Source: Monocercomonoides exilis PA203 (lineage: Eukaryota; Protista; Preaxostyla). Taken from it: a stretch of 64,000 nucleotides of DNA. The notes under the pieces were generated by a model. It worked only from the letters and a program-made list of their open reading frames with translations. It searched no databases and was not told the origin of the DNA. The translations under genes were made by a program, and so were the position numbers. Each line of letters starts with the position of its first letter. The first letter of the stretch is position 1. The stretch is taken from positions 1,178,001 to 1,242,000 of the forward strand of contig LSRY02000016.1 of NCBI GenBank assembly GCA_001643675.2, given 5' to 3'. Below, piece after piece: positions 11,610 to 25,270 of this stretch.

Positions 11610-14600
11610 TTAAAAACATTTTCGTTTGTTTGAGTGATTGTCAATTTCTGAATTGGAAGATTTTTTTTTATTTAATTTTATAATTTCATTTGTTTCAACA
11701 ATCATCAAATCATCATCGATATTAGAAGAATTCCTTCGCGTGTGGTAAATAATATGTGAATCATTTTTGTTTCGCAATTTTCCGGTCTCTTTTTTTCTTT
11801 CGAATTGAATGCTTTGATTTGAATATGAACAACCTTTTGATGCAGTTTTCTTTGGAAGTGAAAAGGCTGCTGATTTTTCCATTGACATTCTTTGATTTAT
11901 TCGAGATAATGTTCTATCATTGATGGGCATATTGTTTGTATGATCTGCAATTGCTCCTGCAAACTTCTTTCTTTCTGCAACTATTCTTTCTTGCCCACTT
12001 TTGCAATCACTGATGATTTTCCATTTATCCTCTAACAATTGTGAATGAGATGCTGTGAATATATGATCGTTTTGTCTTTTGAAAGATAAATAAATCATCA
12101 TCGATGGTATTTTCAGCCAACTCCAAGTTTTTTTATTTGAAGGAGTGTATCTGAAGCCAAAATCAATTAAAATAAAAAATTCAACGTTATTAAAAGAAAA
12201 AAAGTGAAACACACAAGTGAAACTGTCTGCTCATTTTCTCATTTGAGGTGCTTTGAATTGAAGAATCAAAAACTTGTTTCAAAAAGGCACAAAATGATGA
12301 AGCATTACTTCCAGTTTCTAAGCTTGAAGTTGACAATTTGGATGAAATTAATCCAAACTCTCCATCGCATTCCGATTTTCCATGCTGCTCTGTGAAATAA
12401 TTCACAAATATACAAGAAAATTGTTTGAGATTTTGGTTGTCATTCAGAAAATTACTTAAAAAGTATTTGTTCCTGAAGTGAGGGCCAGAGTCTGAAAAAA
12501 TTGTCAGAGTTGATTGAAGTGGGTGTGATTCCGATATATGTTTTTCGATAACAATGTTCAAGCATTCAATGGCGTATCTGAAATCATGAGTTAAACAGTC
12601 CGAAATGAAGTGATTACATGTTTTGTGAAGTGAATCATTTTGTTTTGTGTATGAAATAATGCATAGGTCTGACACTTGTTTTTTTGAGTAAAAATCTTTA
12701 CTGATTTCTCTTCTTGAAAGCGGAAGCTGCCAATTCTCTTTGAAGTCTAGCAGCAAAAGAAGATCTCCATTTTTCAATTTGCTCTTTGAATCAACAAATG
12801 ATTGTTTTTGGCATTCTGCCCATTTTTTGTGCTCCGTTATGTATTGCAGCTCTTCATTTTCCTGATCACTGAGTTCTCTATTTTGAGATATTTTCTGTAA
12901 ATATCTTGCCCTTTCACAAATGGAGCACAAGTCAGTTCTGTTTCTAGGTTTTGTGATGATTCCTTGTGTTTTCTTGCAGAAATATGAGTAGGACATATTG
13001 ATTCCTGTTTTTAACACCAATTCACTGTGAAGTTGTTTTTTAGTTTTATAAGTTGTTCTGTTAACTCCACCACAAAACATAGAATCATTCATGTTGTTTT
13101 CAGGTGCATTGTTTGAACTATTTGAATCATTGCTGAAGTGATCAAAAGATGAATCGAGAAAAACAGATTGTCTTTGAGTTTCTATTTGAATAAATGAACT
13201 TTTAACATAACATAGAAAACTTGTTTTCCATCCGTTTGAACACAACTCTTCATATTTGCTTTTAATTTCAAGATCATTAACAACTTCCACATTTTCATCG
13301 TTGCATATTTTCCAATGGAAATTGTATTCGTTGCTGTTTTCGATTTGTTCAATATGGGATAATGTAATACAAATGTAATGATGGATTGTTGGATTAAACA
13401 AAATAATAGAAAGAAGATTGTATTTCTCTTTCTGAGTTGAATCTTGATCAGTGCATTGCATGCTTTTGGTAACTTCAATCATCCATAATGATTTGTTCAA
13501 TCCAGCTGTTTTTTCGTTTTGTTCATTTGTAGAAATAGAATTATTCTCACATCGAAATAACAAGAAATCTGAGTTGTTTGCATATTGAGTTTGCTGAATC
13601 ACTCCACCAATCGATCTGCACAATGGACAGCTCAATTCTTCGTTCTTTCTTTGAGATTGAAGGATTTGAAACTTGTTCAACGAATGTTCAATTGAATGAC
13701 CTTGCAGAATGATAATATCAACTTTTTGTGGCATTTCAAAAGATGCATATCCACACATTAGGCAAATGATATTATCTGTTGAATGACAACCCAAATTGTT
13801 CATGGCAGTAGGAGATTGTTTACGTATTTTTTTCAGAAACCACTCAACTGCATCATCAAATTCGTGCTCCTCCATTTTTGAAATATCATTTTTATTGTTC
13901 CATTTTTCGTAGAACACTTCGTTCCAGAAAGATCCAACATTCTCCTGTTGATCATTGATTGATTTGCAAATATTGATAATTGTTGAAGAAAGAATATCTT
14001 TCGTTTCTTTCTGAAATTCCCACGAATGGAATTTATTCATTGATGCAAACATTTGGATAGCTGCAGCTAAGTAACAGCTGTTTCCTAAATTTTTCAAGCC
14101 AACTGATTTTGATGGAGAACAAAGATTCAATTCATGTGTCTTCTGAACATTGACAATAAATTGTGGAACGTGTGAAACAGATGCCTGAATTGATTTATCG
14201 AAATTTTGAATGTTTTCGTTGGAATATTCATTTTGTTGTGCATCAACACCTGAAGAAAAACGATTTTCGCTCAAAATGCCCCAACTATCATCATTGTCGA
14301 GATCTTTTTTTTTTTGAAAAATAAAAAACAAAATTAATAACCGAAAATAAAAAAATATAGACCTTCTGAGTCATGGAGACTTTTTCTGACTTTATTTTTT
14401 CTTTTTTGGAGCTCTGAGGATTCATCTGTGTTTTCAAGCAAAAACCTATTCACTTTTTCAAGTGATTCTTCATCGAGATAATGCCTTTTTTTGCATCTTC
14501 TATCTTCACAATCACTCTCCTCATCCAAGTAATGAAGGATTGATCCATATTTCGCATAATTGTATTGTCCCTGCGTAATATCGTAATGGTAATCTCTCAA

Positions 14601-14967
14601 TTGTGAATAAGAACAGTAAGTGCTCAGATTTTTAAGTAATTCAACTTGCATTTTATTCTGAAGCTTTGGAAATATTGAACTCAAAGAATTCATCACTCCA
14701 TCAAGTTGATCTGTAAAATAGCACATGCATAAATAAAAAAAAATCAAACAATAAAATTTCAATTATTTATGAAATGCTGCACACACCATTTGATTTTTTA
14801 TATAACGAATCTTTGATTTCCTTCATTTTTCGAAATGAAAAAATGAAATAGTCAAATAACTCGAAAGTGTAATCTCCAGAAATGGAGGTGGCATATTCCC
14901 ACAGCTTTCTGGACCACTTGCTCAGAGTGTATTGTTTTGGTTGCATTTGTGTGTTTTCTATCTTCAA
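11610..14967 (-). CDS. Sola2-like DDD transposase with embedded ubiquitin-specific protease (peptidase C19) domain; multi-exon, start uncertain
   Basis: USP Cys box GLKNLGNSCY, His box HHYIC and WKICND, two CxxC pairs; transposase TDLCSIC, LLDFKENW, FSDSGPHFRN, HGKSECDGEFG; predicted in-frame introns 12151-12214, 14304-14362 and 14711-14786. Confidence 0.8.
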
Positions 14968-16399
14968 TGTTGTAAATATCTTTCACAGAAAGATCGATCC
15001 CTTTATAAGCTTAGCGAATGACATTCAAATAAAAAAAGAAAAGAAAAAAATAGTACTTTTCAAATCACATTTGAAACGACTGAATAAAGAAGAACCAGTA
15101 AATGTTTCACATTTTGAAAATAAAAAATTGATTTTGCTCATTCAAAAGTTTCAACTATTAATTCGTTCAGGAATTCACATGTTCACATTTTCTGTTATTC
15201 TGCTTAAATTTATTTGACTTATTTAATATCCCCCTCTTCTCTCGCTTGCTGAATTCTTCCGTTAGCTCCTTGTTCTTTTACTGTTCAACGTTGAGATTCT
15301 CGTATTCGCAGCTAGAATGCCTTTCATTTGCTCATTGATCACTTCTCCATCGAATGTGATTCCTGCTATCTCCAGCATAGTAACCAAATTGATCAGATCT
15401 TTTATCAGTTTCTGCTTTTCATTTAACTCTTTTTCCATTTCTGGTGGAATCTCTCCTGCTGGATCACTTCTCTCAATCATTTTGGTTCAATTAAATTTTT
15501 TTTCTCGATTTTAACTAATTTATTTCTTATTTCTTTCAAAACTTCATCGTTTTCTTTTTCCTTTTTTCTGTTATCTCTTTCAGCCTCATCTGCATTATTT
15601 TTATGACGTCTCTTTCTTCTTCTTTGACTTCAAATATTTAATATTTTCCTTTGCGTTATTTATAGATTAATCAAATATATAATAATTTTCTGTTTCTTTT
15701 TGGTATCTATCTCTTCTTCTTGAAGAAATCTTCATAATATGTTCTCTTTGTCTCCATCAGAAAAATTGTATCTTTAGCCAATGACCTTGCAAATGTAGCT
15801 TTTATATTTATCTCAATCTGAAACACTTCATCTCTTTCCATCTCTGTTCTTTTTGTTTTTCTTCTGTCGGTTAAACTTCTGCATCCTGTTGACGTTTGCT
15901 AAAGATGTGTCAATTTCTGTAGTCTTTCAGATCTCTTCATCTTTGCAATCATTGTGTTTAACAGCTGCATTTTCTTTAACATTTTTTGAAGCATTTCCTT
16001 TCCTTCTTTTCTTTTTCCTGTATTCTTTGTAATGATGTCTACTGAGCACTTCAACTTCTTCATTTTCTTCACTGGAGCAGCACGCTCATTTCAAACTCGA
16101 TTCATGCGTACTTGATTAGCAAAGAGAAGAAAATCGAAGAAGATAAAAAGTCATCATCAGCATCTGTGTCTGCAATTGACTCATCGGATGATTCAGATGA
16201 ATTGTCATAATATTCAGCAGCAGTGAAAAACAACATAGAAAGACGGCTGCAGATTGTGTTGTCTGTTGCGGCTGGGATGAAAGAAAATCACAGATAGTTG
16301 TTTCTGAGGGAGTAACAGAAACTTCGATGGTTGTGTTGTGCAGCGGTGGGCTGCGTTGCATAGAGGTGTTATGTGTGCGTATAATTCAGTGCTTTCTGC

Positions 16400-17215
16400 G
16401 ATGCTTTCAGTTACGCTGGTGGAACCGCTTCCATCGCTTGATGCATCGGAAGGCACGAAGTTGGGGAGCAAGCGGATCTTTGTGGAAGCAGATGTGAATG
16501 CGCTCCCGTCGATCTACGATCTGTTCGACCCGTCGCTGCAGAAATGGCGATTGTTTTCGTTGAAATATTTGGTGGTGAAGATGGACGATGAAGTTATAAG
16601 AGAAGTGATTGGAGTATGCGATGAATGGAAGAATTAGGAGATAGCTCTGGAGGCTGCGAGGGTGATGATGGAGGATGTGATTCTTTCTCCAGCAGCGATT
16701 GCGCTGTTGAAGCTTGAGGAGCGATAAGAAGCAGAGGAAGGTGAAGGGAATGAGGAGAAAGGCGGGCATCTGACAGCGCACAGAGAGTTTGTGGAGAGAA
16801 TCAAAGAGAACCAGGGAAAGCTGGAAGAAGCGATGGCGCCGCTGGTTGTGGAGGCGCATGGGCTGAGTGGGCTGAGGTTTGTGAAGGCAGAGGCTGAGGC
16901 GGACAGGTTGCATTCAGTGGAACCTGAAGTGTGCAGTTCTTCTCCATCTGATAGCATCCAACAGGAGAACAGGAGAGCAGAAGAAGAAGCAGCAAACAGG
17001 TCTTTGGGAATAGCTTCAGATGGAAGAGAAGAAAATGTGGGGAAAGATGAGGAACAGGTGGAAATGCATACGAATGATTTGGGGATGAATGAGGAGCAAG
17101 GAAAAGAGGGTAATTCGAATGATTTGGAGAAGGAAGAAGGAGAGGAAGAAAAGGAGGAGGAGGAAGAAGAAGAAGGAGAAAAAGAAGAAGAAGAAGAAGA
17201 AGAAGAAGAAGAAGC
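16400..17215 (+). pseudogene. Decayed unknown-family gene fragment with poly-Glu tail; paralog at 27.2-28.2 kb
   Basis: KRIFVEADVNALPSIYDLFDPSL vs KRIFDDTDANAFTSIEDLFETSL; internal stops; (GAA)n 17163-17213. Confidence 0.5.
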
Positions 17216-17219
17216 TGTT

Positions 17220-20200
17220 TTTGGTGTGCGGAACTGTTTTGGCTTTGGTGACACACGCAGATTCATCGGCTGTGTCTTCTTCATCAAAATAGGCGCCTTC
17301 AAAATTTGTATCTGCTTTGCACTGCTTTCTTCCTTTTCTCCTTTTCTTCCTGTTCTCCCGCTGCTCTGCATTCCTCCTTCTTTTCCTTCTTTCCCTTCTT
17401 CACAACAACCTGATTCTCAACTTCTATCTGTCAGTTCACTTGCACCTCCATTTCCACTTCTTCTATCTCCTTCTCTTTCTCCTCCTCCTCCTCCACCACT
17501 TCCATCCATCATTCTTTCACTTCCATTCTCAGAGCCTCCTCTCCCACCTGAAAATCCTTCCAGCGTCGATGCAATGAATCTCTTGTTGATCGCACGAAGA
17601 CCAACGTAGCTGACATTCGACACGCCCAACTTGCTTCTGTCCAGCCTGATGGAGTTCAGTGTGTCTGAGGCTGCTGCAAAAGAAGCGCTCGAAGATGAAG
17701 ACGAAGATGAAGATAATGTTGCAGTTGATAATGTTGTTGCACTGGAAGGTCTGACTCGTTTTGCAGGCTGTAAGAAAATCCCGCTGGCTGCTTTGTCTTT
17801 CGCGTCTTTTCTGCTGCAAACAAAAATGTTGTTTGTGGATGAGCATCGTTGAAAATGCCTTGTTTGAGACGAATGAGAACGAAAAACAGGAGAGGAAGAT
17901 CCAACTAGTGGTGTTTGTTTGGATTTTGTGGTGCTTCTGACAGATGAAGTGGAAGAAGTGAGTGAGTTGTGGGTGGAAACAGAACGAGAAGAAGATGATG
18001 ATGATGTTGATGATGAAGGCGTAGTGTTGGAGGAAGAAAAAGAGAAAGAAGAAAAGGAGGAGGAAGAGGAAGCTGAAGTGTTTGAAGATGATGGCATTGT
18101 TGCTGCTGAAGATGAAGAAGAAGAACAGGATAAAAAGAAAGAAGAAGAGTGAGAAGAAGAAGAGGAGGAGGAGGAAGAGGAAGAGGAAGAGGAAGTGGAA
18201 GTGAAAGATGGGCAGGTTGTAGAAGGAGCAGTGTCAAAGTGACATCGATGAGGAGCAGAGGAAGAAAAGGAATAATATAACGTTGATGAAGCAGTTGATG
18301 CAGATTAAGAAAACAAAATCAACGACACAACAAACTTTGCCACATTAGCTGAGGACGCGAGCTCAGCAGCTGTCGAAGAAGAAGGAAATAATTATTTCCA
18401 GAAGGAGGAATAATTACAAGATGTTGTGTCTTAATCTGTTTTCCTGTTTGTGTTTGTGCCTGAAACTGCAATTGCATCTTTTCATCAGTTAGCGCATGCG
18501 CATCTCCTGGCTTTTGCAATTCGTTTCTCGTGATCTTTTTTTTGTTCAATTGCTTGCTCATCAAAACCAGTTTTTCAGAAAATTGTGTGAAGAGAGGAAT
18601 TGACGGACCGTTCAATGAGTTGTGATAATCGTTGCCTTCATCTTAATTATTACAGTTATTGCCTTCATTGGATGATGAGAGAAAGAGCTCAAACGTCTTA
18701 TCGAGTGAATATATCTTTAACTTTGAGAATATAATCATTTCATCACGGACAGAAAAGAAGAGTTTTTTTGTCTCAAAGTTCTCTGTCGACAACTATGTAG
18801 AAACGTCATTGATATCTGTGAAGTCATTAAGTTCATCACATCTGACAGCTTCTCCATTGTGGAGTCGAGCAGGTGGATGATGTGATATCGTCACAGTGGT
18901 TGATATCGGGGGATGGTGAGGAAGATGAGAATGATGATAAAAATGAAAAGAAGAATGTGTTGTTGATGTTGAACAAATTGATGTCAAATGAACAGTTTTT
19001 TCTTGAAAGCGATGAAGATAGGTCTGATTGAAAGAGTTTATCAAGGTAGAAGAAGAAGAAGAAACAAAAGAAGTTGAAGATAATCGCCCACAACCTGGTG
19101 AACGCATCATCTTCTGCATCTTCAGCTGGAGCACTAAAAAAAGCGGTGAAGCAGATAATATCAAAAGTGAATCCAAAGAAAAAGTTTGTGGTAAATTTGT
19201 TTTTGCCTTCGAGCCAAGTGCAGAATAAACATTCGAAGGCAGGCTGTTTTTAATCGCAAGCATTTGTTTTTTCTCCACAATAAAGAGGGAAGCCTGAACT
19301 ATCATCTGACAAGACCGAATGGTAAAGAGCAGGTTTGTCAGAGGAACATTCATTATCTCCCTCTCTGCATTCTTCAATTTCTCTTTCAGCTTTGCAAAAA
19401 AAGCCGAAATAGCATCATAGTTTGTCTCTTCATAAACCTGCATGACATGCATGTTCTGCTTGATCTGCCACCTTTGCTTCAAAAACAGCCTTCTTTCGTC
19501 TATCATAATCGTCATCGTAGCCTTCAGGTTCTCCTGAAACGCATCTTTTGTCTGCAACGTAAGGAGGAAGCTGTTGAGCGAGAGCCTTCATCATCCCACT
19601 CAACTCGTTTTTTGATTAGGATTTGCTTGCCTTCAGCATGTTTAGCTTCTTCACCAACGCTCCAAACGTATCCAGACACAAGGAGACTTACGAGCCAATT
19701 GACATATCACGTAACTCACTGGAAGAAAGCTTTTTGCTTACACATATCTTCTTTGCTCCACTTTGGCTGCGAGGCAACGCTGGATAAGCGACTTCAATGT
19801 CTTTTGGAAATTGCGATATTGTGAAATGAAAAAATCCAAATTCTAGCATTATTCGAACCAAGTGCTCATGGAGTTGGTATCGGTATCGGAGTTCTGAGAG
19901 ACTTGTGTGCTGAACGATTTAGCTTCCTGAAACTTGATGACAAGAGAGACATACTCATGAAGGAGGACAGGTTGTATTTAGGTTGTAAGGAATTAGACGT
20001 GTGAAGACCGGTGCACCGAATAGGTCTTGGCTGAAGAACTCGAAGTGCGAGAGCCATGAGCGAAGTGGTTTGTTGATGTGATGAACAATGGTTGAGTGTG
20101 TCGATGCGCGAAAAGAGCAGCAGTTCGATTGAACTGCGATTCTTTGTTGTAATTCCAGTTCATCAGTCCCACAAGGAGCACTCCTTCTTTGAAGGCCGTG

Positions 20201-20500
20201 CTGGTAAAGGCGGGGGAAATGTCAAGGGATATTCAAGTGAATGATTCAAAAGAAGAAGAAGAAGGTGATGATTATGATATTGATAATGAAAAAAAATATT
20301 TTTGAATTATGTGATCCTGGCGAAGAAGAATATCTCCACGGAAATATGCAAGATAGAGGCAAAAGAGCAGGAGAAGACGAGTTTGAAGGCGCAGACGAGG
20401 AAAGAGGTGTGACTGTAATATAAGAAAAAGGGAAAGGGGAGCTTCTTGAAGAGAAAATGGCACTGGAATAGGCTCTTTCTTTCTTTCTTTCTTTCTTTTT
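17220..20500. other. Higher-GC low-complexity region (Glu/Ser/Pro-rich frames), probably decayed host gene pieces
   Basis: Purine/pyrimidine-skewed triplet tracts, short interrupted ORFs, no recognisable domain. Confidence 0.35.
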
Positions 20501-20999
20501 TAAGTTGTTTTTAGAATGCATGTAAATTCTTTTTGAGTGAGATATGTGAGCTGAGGAAATGCTTTGAAAGGATTTGCGTTCAGTTATTGATGAAGTGGAT
20601 GTGGGGCGAAGATGTGTGCGAAAGGATAAGAAGAATAAGAAGAGCAAATTCTGAATGTGAAAATATCACTTGCCGTTTCGTTGCACTCTTAAAACTTTGA
20701 AGAAATTGATATTGGCGCAGGTGCATGTTGGCAAGACTATCTTCTTGTGAAGTTAATGAAAAGTTCATTGTTGAAATTATGAACTTTCGAGGAGATAACC
20801 GGAGAAATTTCGTTGAAAAGAGATAATTAAAAGAAAGGTTTGTCAATGTTGTATATGTTTGATGTGGAGAACGTATAACTTTGGTTGCATGTATTGGATT
20901 AAATGAGACTTTCTCTACGTAGTAGTTATTTTTCTGTTTGATTTCGTGCCTTCTTAAAAGTGACTTTGAAATTCCCAAAAATCACTTCCTCCTTTTTCA

Positions 21000-22026
21000 C
21001 CGCTTCTGCACCTCTTCTGCACTTCGATGCAGAATGAACACCATCTTTTCTCATTAAGAACATTCCGCTTCTCTTCAGCCTCCCGCTTCAAGTGAATCAG
21101 CAGGCTGGTAGGTCTCGCTTCTCCAATCACTTGTTGAGTGTGGAGAATGATTCAAAAAACGATGTTCCATTGAGCTTATACCAATGCATGTGATTGAGCT
21201 TATCTCTCTGAAGCAGAACATTCTGAGTATCAATCAATTTTGCGTTAAATTTTGTATTTTGAGTGATCTCATTTCCAACGGGCATGCCAAACATACCAAT
21301 TTGTATTTCTCCTATTCCAGTAATCTCACACAGAACGGGTCCTCTTTTTGATAATCACTATTCTTTTCATATTTCAAGGTTATGTTTCAAAAGGAATGGT
21401 CACGTATCCGTTTGCATTCGGTTTTTACAGACGCTAATAAACAGTTTGATGGTGCGAAAGTCAGATCTGTTATAATGGAATTATTCAAAACTACTGAATA
21501 AGAATCTTCAGATAAAAATTTGAGGCCTGAAGGGTTAAGATTCTTTTGGGGGATCAAACTCAAATTCACCATGTTGATTGATCCGCTTTGAAGATGAAAA
21601 GGAGAACCTGACCTTTGACTGGAAATGCAGGAATCCATCATCAGAGTTGAGCATTCTGTTATTAGCACAAATGGCGAAGATGAATGTTCAAGTGCCACAT
21701 TTTTCAGTTCTACTGAAGAATTGCGGAATCCCAAAAATGTGTTTATAACTGTAGATGTTTCTGATTGTAATTTTTTCACTCCTGAAAATGGAATTTGCTT
21801 TAATAGATTATTGATGCCAGCTATGCATAGAAATTGTGCATCCTCAGTATAGCCTTGACAAAATTAAATGCAATTATTGCAAATATATGAGTTGGAAAGA
21901 GCCTCGTTGTTTTTCAATGATGTATTTCAAGAGGCATCTTGTCGTTTAATTGTCTCTTCTTTTAGAAAATACTCCACAAAACAACAAATTCAATTTCAAT
22001 AGAAAATAATATTTTAAATTGATCAT
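21000..22026 (-). pseudogene. 5' fragment of a beta-strand-rich secreted/surface-type host protein
   Basis: Hydrophobic leader MINLKYYFLLKLNLLFCGVFS, then short beta-repeat-like segments (NSSVELKNV, CSTLMMDSC, GSINMVNL, SVVLNNSIITDL); stops and frameshifts. Confidence 0.45.
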
Positions 22027-22627
22027 AAAATAACATAAAAAAAATATTAAAGAGGAAATGCTTTTTGAATAAATTGATAATTTATTATCAAATAAACATT
22101 CATAGAAAAATGCACAGATTTTAAATAAATGATAGTTTTGGAGTGTTTTTCAATTAAACTTCCATGGGAGAAGATTTTGATCTATCGTGACTTTTCATTA
22201 AAAAAAAATACCCAAATAACACTTCAAACATTATATTTGTATTTATATGAAATGATTTTTAATATTTGGTTAATGTTTCGAGTTATTGAATTATTTATTG
22301 AGAAGGGCATAATTTGCAAATGAAAATGTATTTAATCCTAAATAATGTCCCATGTTACAAGATTAAACTTTTTCAATAGATGTTATTCTTTATCATGGCA
22401 TTTTTTTTTCCCATCTTATTGTTCATCAAACAAAAATATTGTTTTCAAAATCGTTGAATTCATGAAAGATAAAACAAATATTCCAACATATTCGATAGAA
22501 TAAAAAATAATCAAAACATATGTGATAACATTTTTTTCTGGAAAAAAAAACAAGATTTATTATAGATTTTTTTGCTTTCGTGTTTCAACACGTCATTCAT
22601 TATTATTTTTATGCTCATCAAAACACA

Positions 22628-25270
22628 AGCGTTTTGATAACAAAGATAGCATTTATTTCGCTTCCTTCTCTTATATTTTTGTGAGCGCCACGTTATTGGT
22701 CAGTCACGATCGCTGATCAAAAAGAAGAATTTCGACTATTTTCATGGGAACCGGACTCGCGACCGAACCTTGCTCAGCTCCGCTGACTGGTGTCCCTCCG
22801 AATGCAATTCCCTCAATATCAGAGAGTTATTCCGCTTCACAAACAAGCGTTCAGTCGTCGCTTGATGGCAGGACAGATCTACCACGAACTGAAGAAGTTG
22901 AAGGAGATTCTTCTTTGCAGCAAGCTTTCATGGAAATATTTGGATAGCCACCAGAGGTTTCACATTACGATATGCATCTTTCAGAGAAGAAAATTAACGA
23001 AGCGCTTTCATTAATGAAAGACGAAGATTTGAGTCCCTTTCTTCAGAATGCTCCACCACCATTAACAAGATCCAATATATTTTGGAATGATGCGCTCGAT
23101 CGTGCGGAGGGAACGGACGGAAACATATCTTTATCCGGCAATAAAGTTTCTTATCTCAGCATGCTCAACAATCAAGTCAGGAGATGCAACAAAAGAAATA
23201 ATTGCAGATTTATGTTTGCTTTCAGCTCAGGCACTGAAAGAAGCTCTTCACGTTAGAAAACATGCAAGATATGGATTTTTTGTAGAAGAAAAAAATGAAA
23301 GACGAGTTTTTTTTGTTATAGCTGTTAACTCAAAGATAAAAAGAAATATGAGAAAAATCAAAGAAAACATCCACTAAATTGAAATGGGGATCGGCAAGTC
23401 TTAAAAATTCAAATGCAAGGAAGAAACAAACCAGGGGATATCAAAGCTGTACAAAGAACTATCTTTTTTTCGAGATAGTCACTTGAAAACCAGCACAAGA
23501 CGATCATTCATCACAAACAGCGCTCCAAGAGGTTACTCAAAAGGGAGTTCAGGAGACAATGCAAAGTCTCAATAAAACACGACTTAACAATTGGTGGAAG
23601 AACGGCATTATTTGCTAAGGGTTGGAAAATGGTGGGAGGAGAAAAGATGATCAAAAGAGGAGTTGTTCCTGTTTGGAGGAGTGCCAAAGCTCGGAAAACC
23701 CTTATCAATTCTCAGGTGAATTGCAGGAGACTGAAGCAATCACAAGAAGCAAGGGAAGCCTTGGCGGTGTTAATCAAAGTTCAAGTGAAAACTGGAATTC
23801 TCAGGAAAATCACCAAAACCAAGTGAAATTTGTCAATCCAATATTTGAAGTCAGGAAAAGGAACGGGAGCTGGAAACAGATTGTGGATTGCAGGAGGTTA
23901 AACAATACGACAAAAACGATTCACTTCAAACAAGAGAACCATCGATCTATGGAGAGAATTACAAAGAATGAGAGATTTCATATCGTGCATTGGTAAGCTA
24001 AGTGCAACACGCTTCGTTTTCAAGGAAACTTCACTCTTTCTTCCATCGAAAAATATATTGCTGAACAAAATTGTCAGATACGTGGGGTGGAAAGGAAAGA
24101 TAAAAATCAACTCATCAATCCTTCCGAATATTCAAAAATGGATATCGAGACTGAACGTGAACAAACGGAGACAATTTAGCAAAATATTCCAACCACAAGC
24201 AACTATAATGACAGAAACATCAGAGAGAGCTGTGGGAGCGGTCCTGCTAATGAACAACAAGAAATACGATTTCCGTCAATCGCTTCCAGGGAAGTTGAGA
24301 TGCTAGAGCTCGAATAACAGGGAATTATATGCAATCAATCGAGTACTCAACCATTTCAGATATATTCTTCAGGCGAACAAAGCCCACAGTTTGCTAATCA
24401 GATTAGGCAATACAACAGCAGTTTTCAATGTCAATCGATGGAATGCAGGAACAAATCTCAGGAAGTTGCTAATGAAAATATGGACATTTGTTCAGAACAG
24501 TCGCATTTAGATAAAAGTCCAACACTTGCCAGGGACGAAGAATGTCAGAGCAGATGCTCTATCCAGGCTAGAAAGAGGGGGAGATTACTCCATTAAACAA
24601 GAAGAGTCAAACGAGATCACGGTAAACCTCAATTTCAAAATAACATTGGATGCGTTAGCAACGAACGAGAACACGAAAGCGTACCGATAGTGCGGTCCAG
24701 GAAGTGCATTAAACGAAGATGGACTCCAGCAATCATTGCAGGAATTCCATTAGCCCAAATTGCCAAGTTTGCCAGACTCTCTCCTAGAAGCAACACCATC
24801 ATAAAGCATAACGTCCAATCAGATGTGTCAAGCAAACTAGCCCACGTGATAGCAAGATGCAATTCAACTATTCTCCAATCTTAAGAAAGTGGGCATGAGT
24901 CAGAATCCGATTCAGATTCTGAGGCGGAATCCTATTCAGAAACAAATTCCAGTTCAAAATCCGAGGAACAAACACCAACAAAGAAAATATGTTAAAGCGG
25001 AGATCAAAAACAACAAACAGTTCTTGCAAACCCAGATTAAGTTGAAGAACCAGAGGACAACGAAGAAAACAATGCTTCACAGACAGCAATCAGCAAGATT
25101 AAGATTGAATTCATTATCTGCACACAATCTCAAAGAAAAAAAGAATTGGAAAAGAAACAACACGAAGAAAATAATATCAGTTCAAACAAATTAACATTAT
25201 CAAACCTTCCCAATTATCAATGGTCTCAAAAATATAAAAAAAAGATAGTCATATAACCAATATTTCTTTG
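22628..25270 (+). mobile_element. DIRS-like element family B, internally deleted
   Basis: gag PFLQNAPPP; RT start VNPIFEVRKRNGSWKQIVDCR; RH NVRADALSRLERGGDY; YR end ARLSPRS; family B left terminus 22628-22720; ICR remnant ~25205-25270. Confidence 0.88.

Noticed and set aside
10711-15240. AGAAGAG...ATATTA similarity as a TIR pair for the Sola-like element
   Set aside because: Too short and too low-complexity; no TSD
16634-18237. Several 150-270 aa poly-Ser/Leu/Glu ORFs on both strands
   Set aside because: By-products of GAA/TCT triplet tracts; no evidence for which frame, if any, is real
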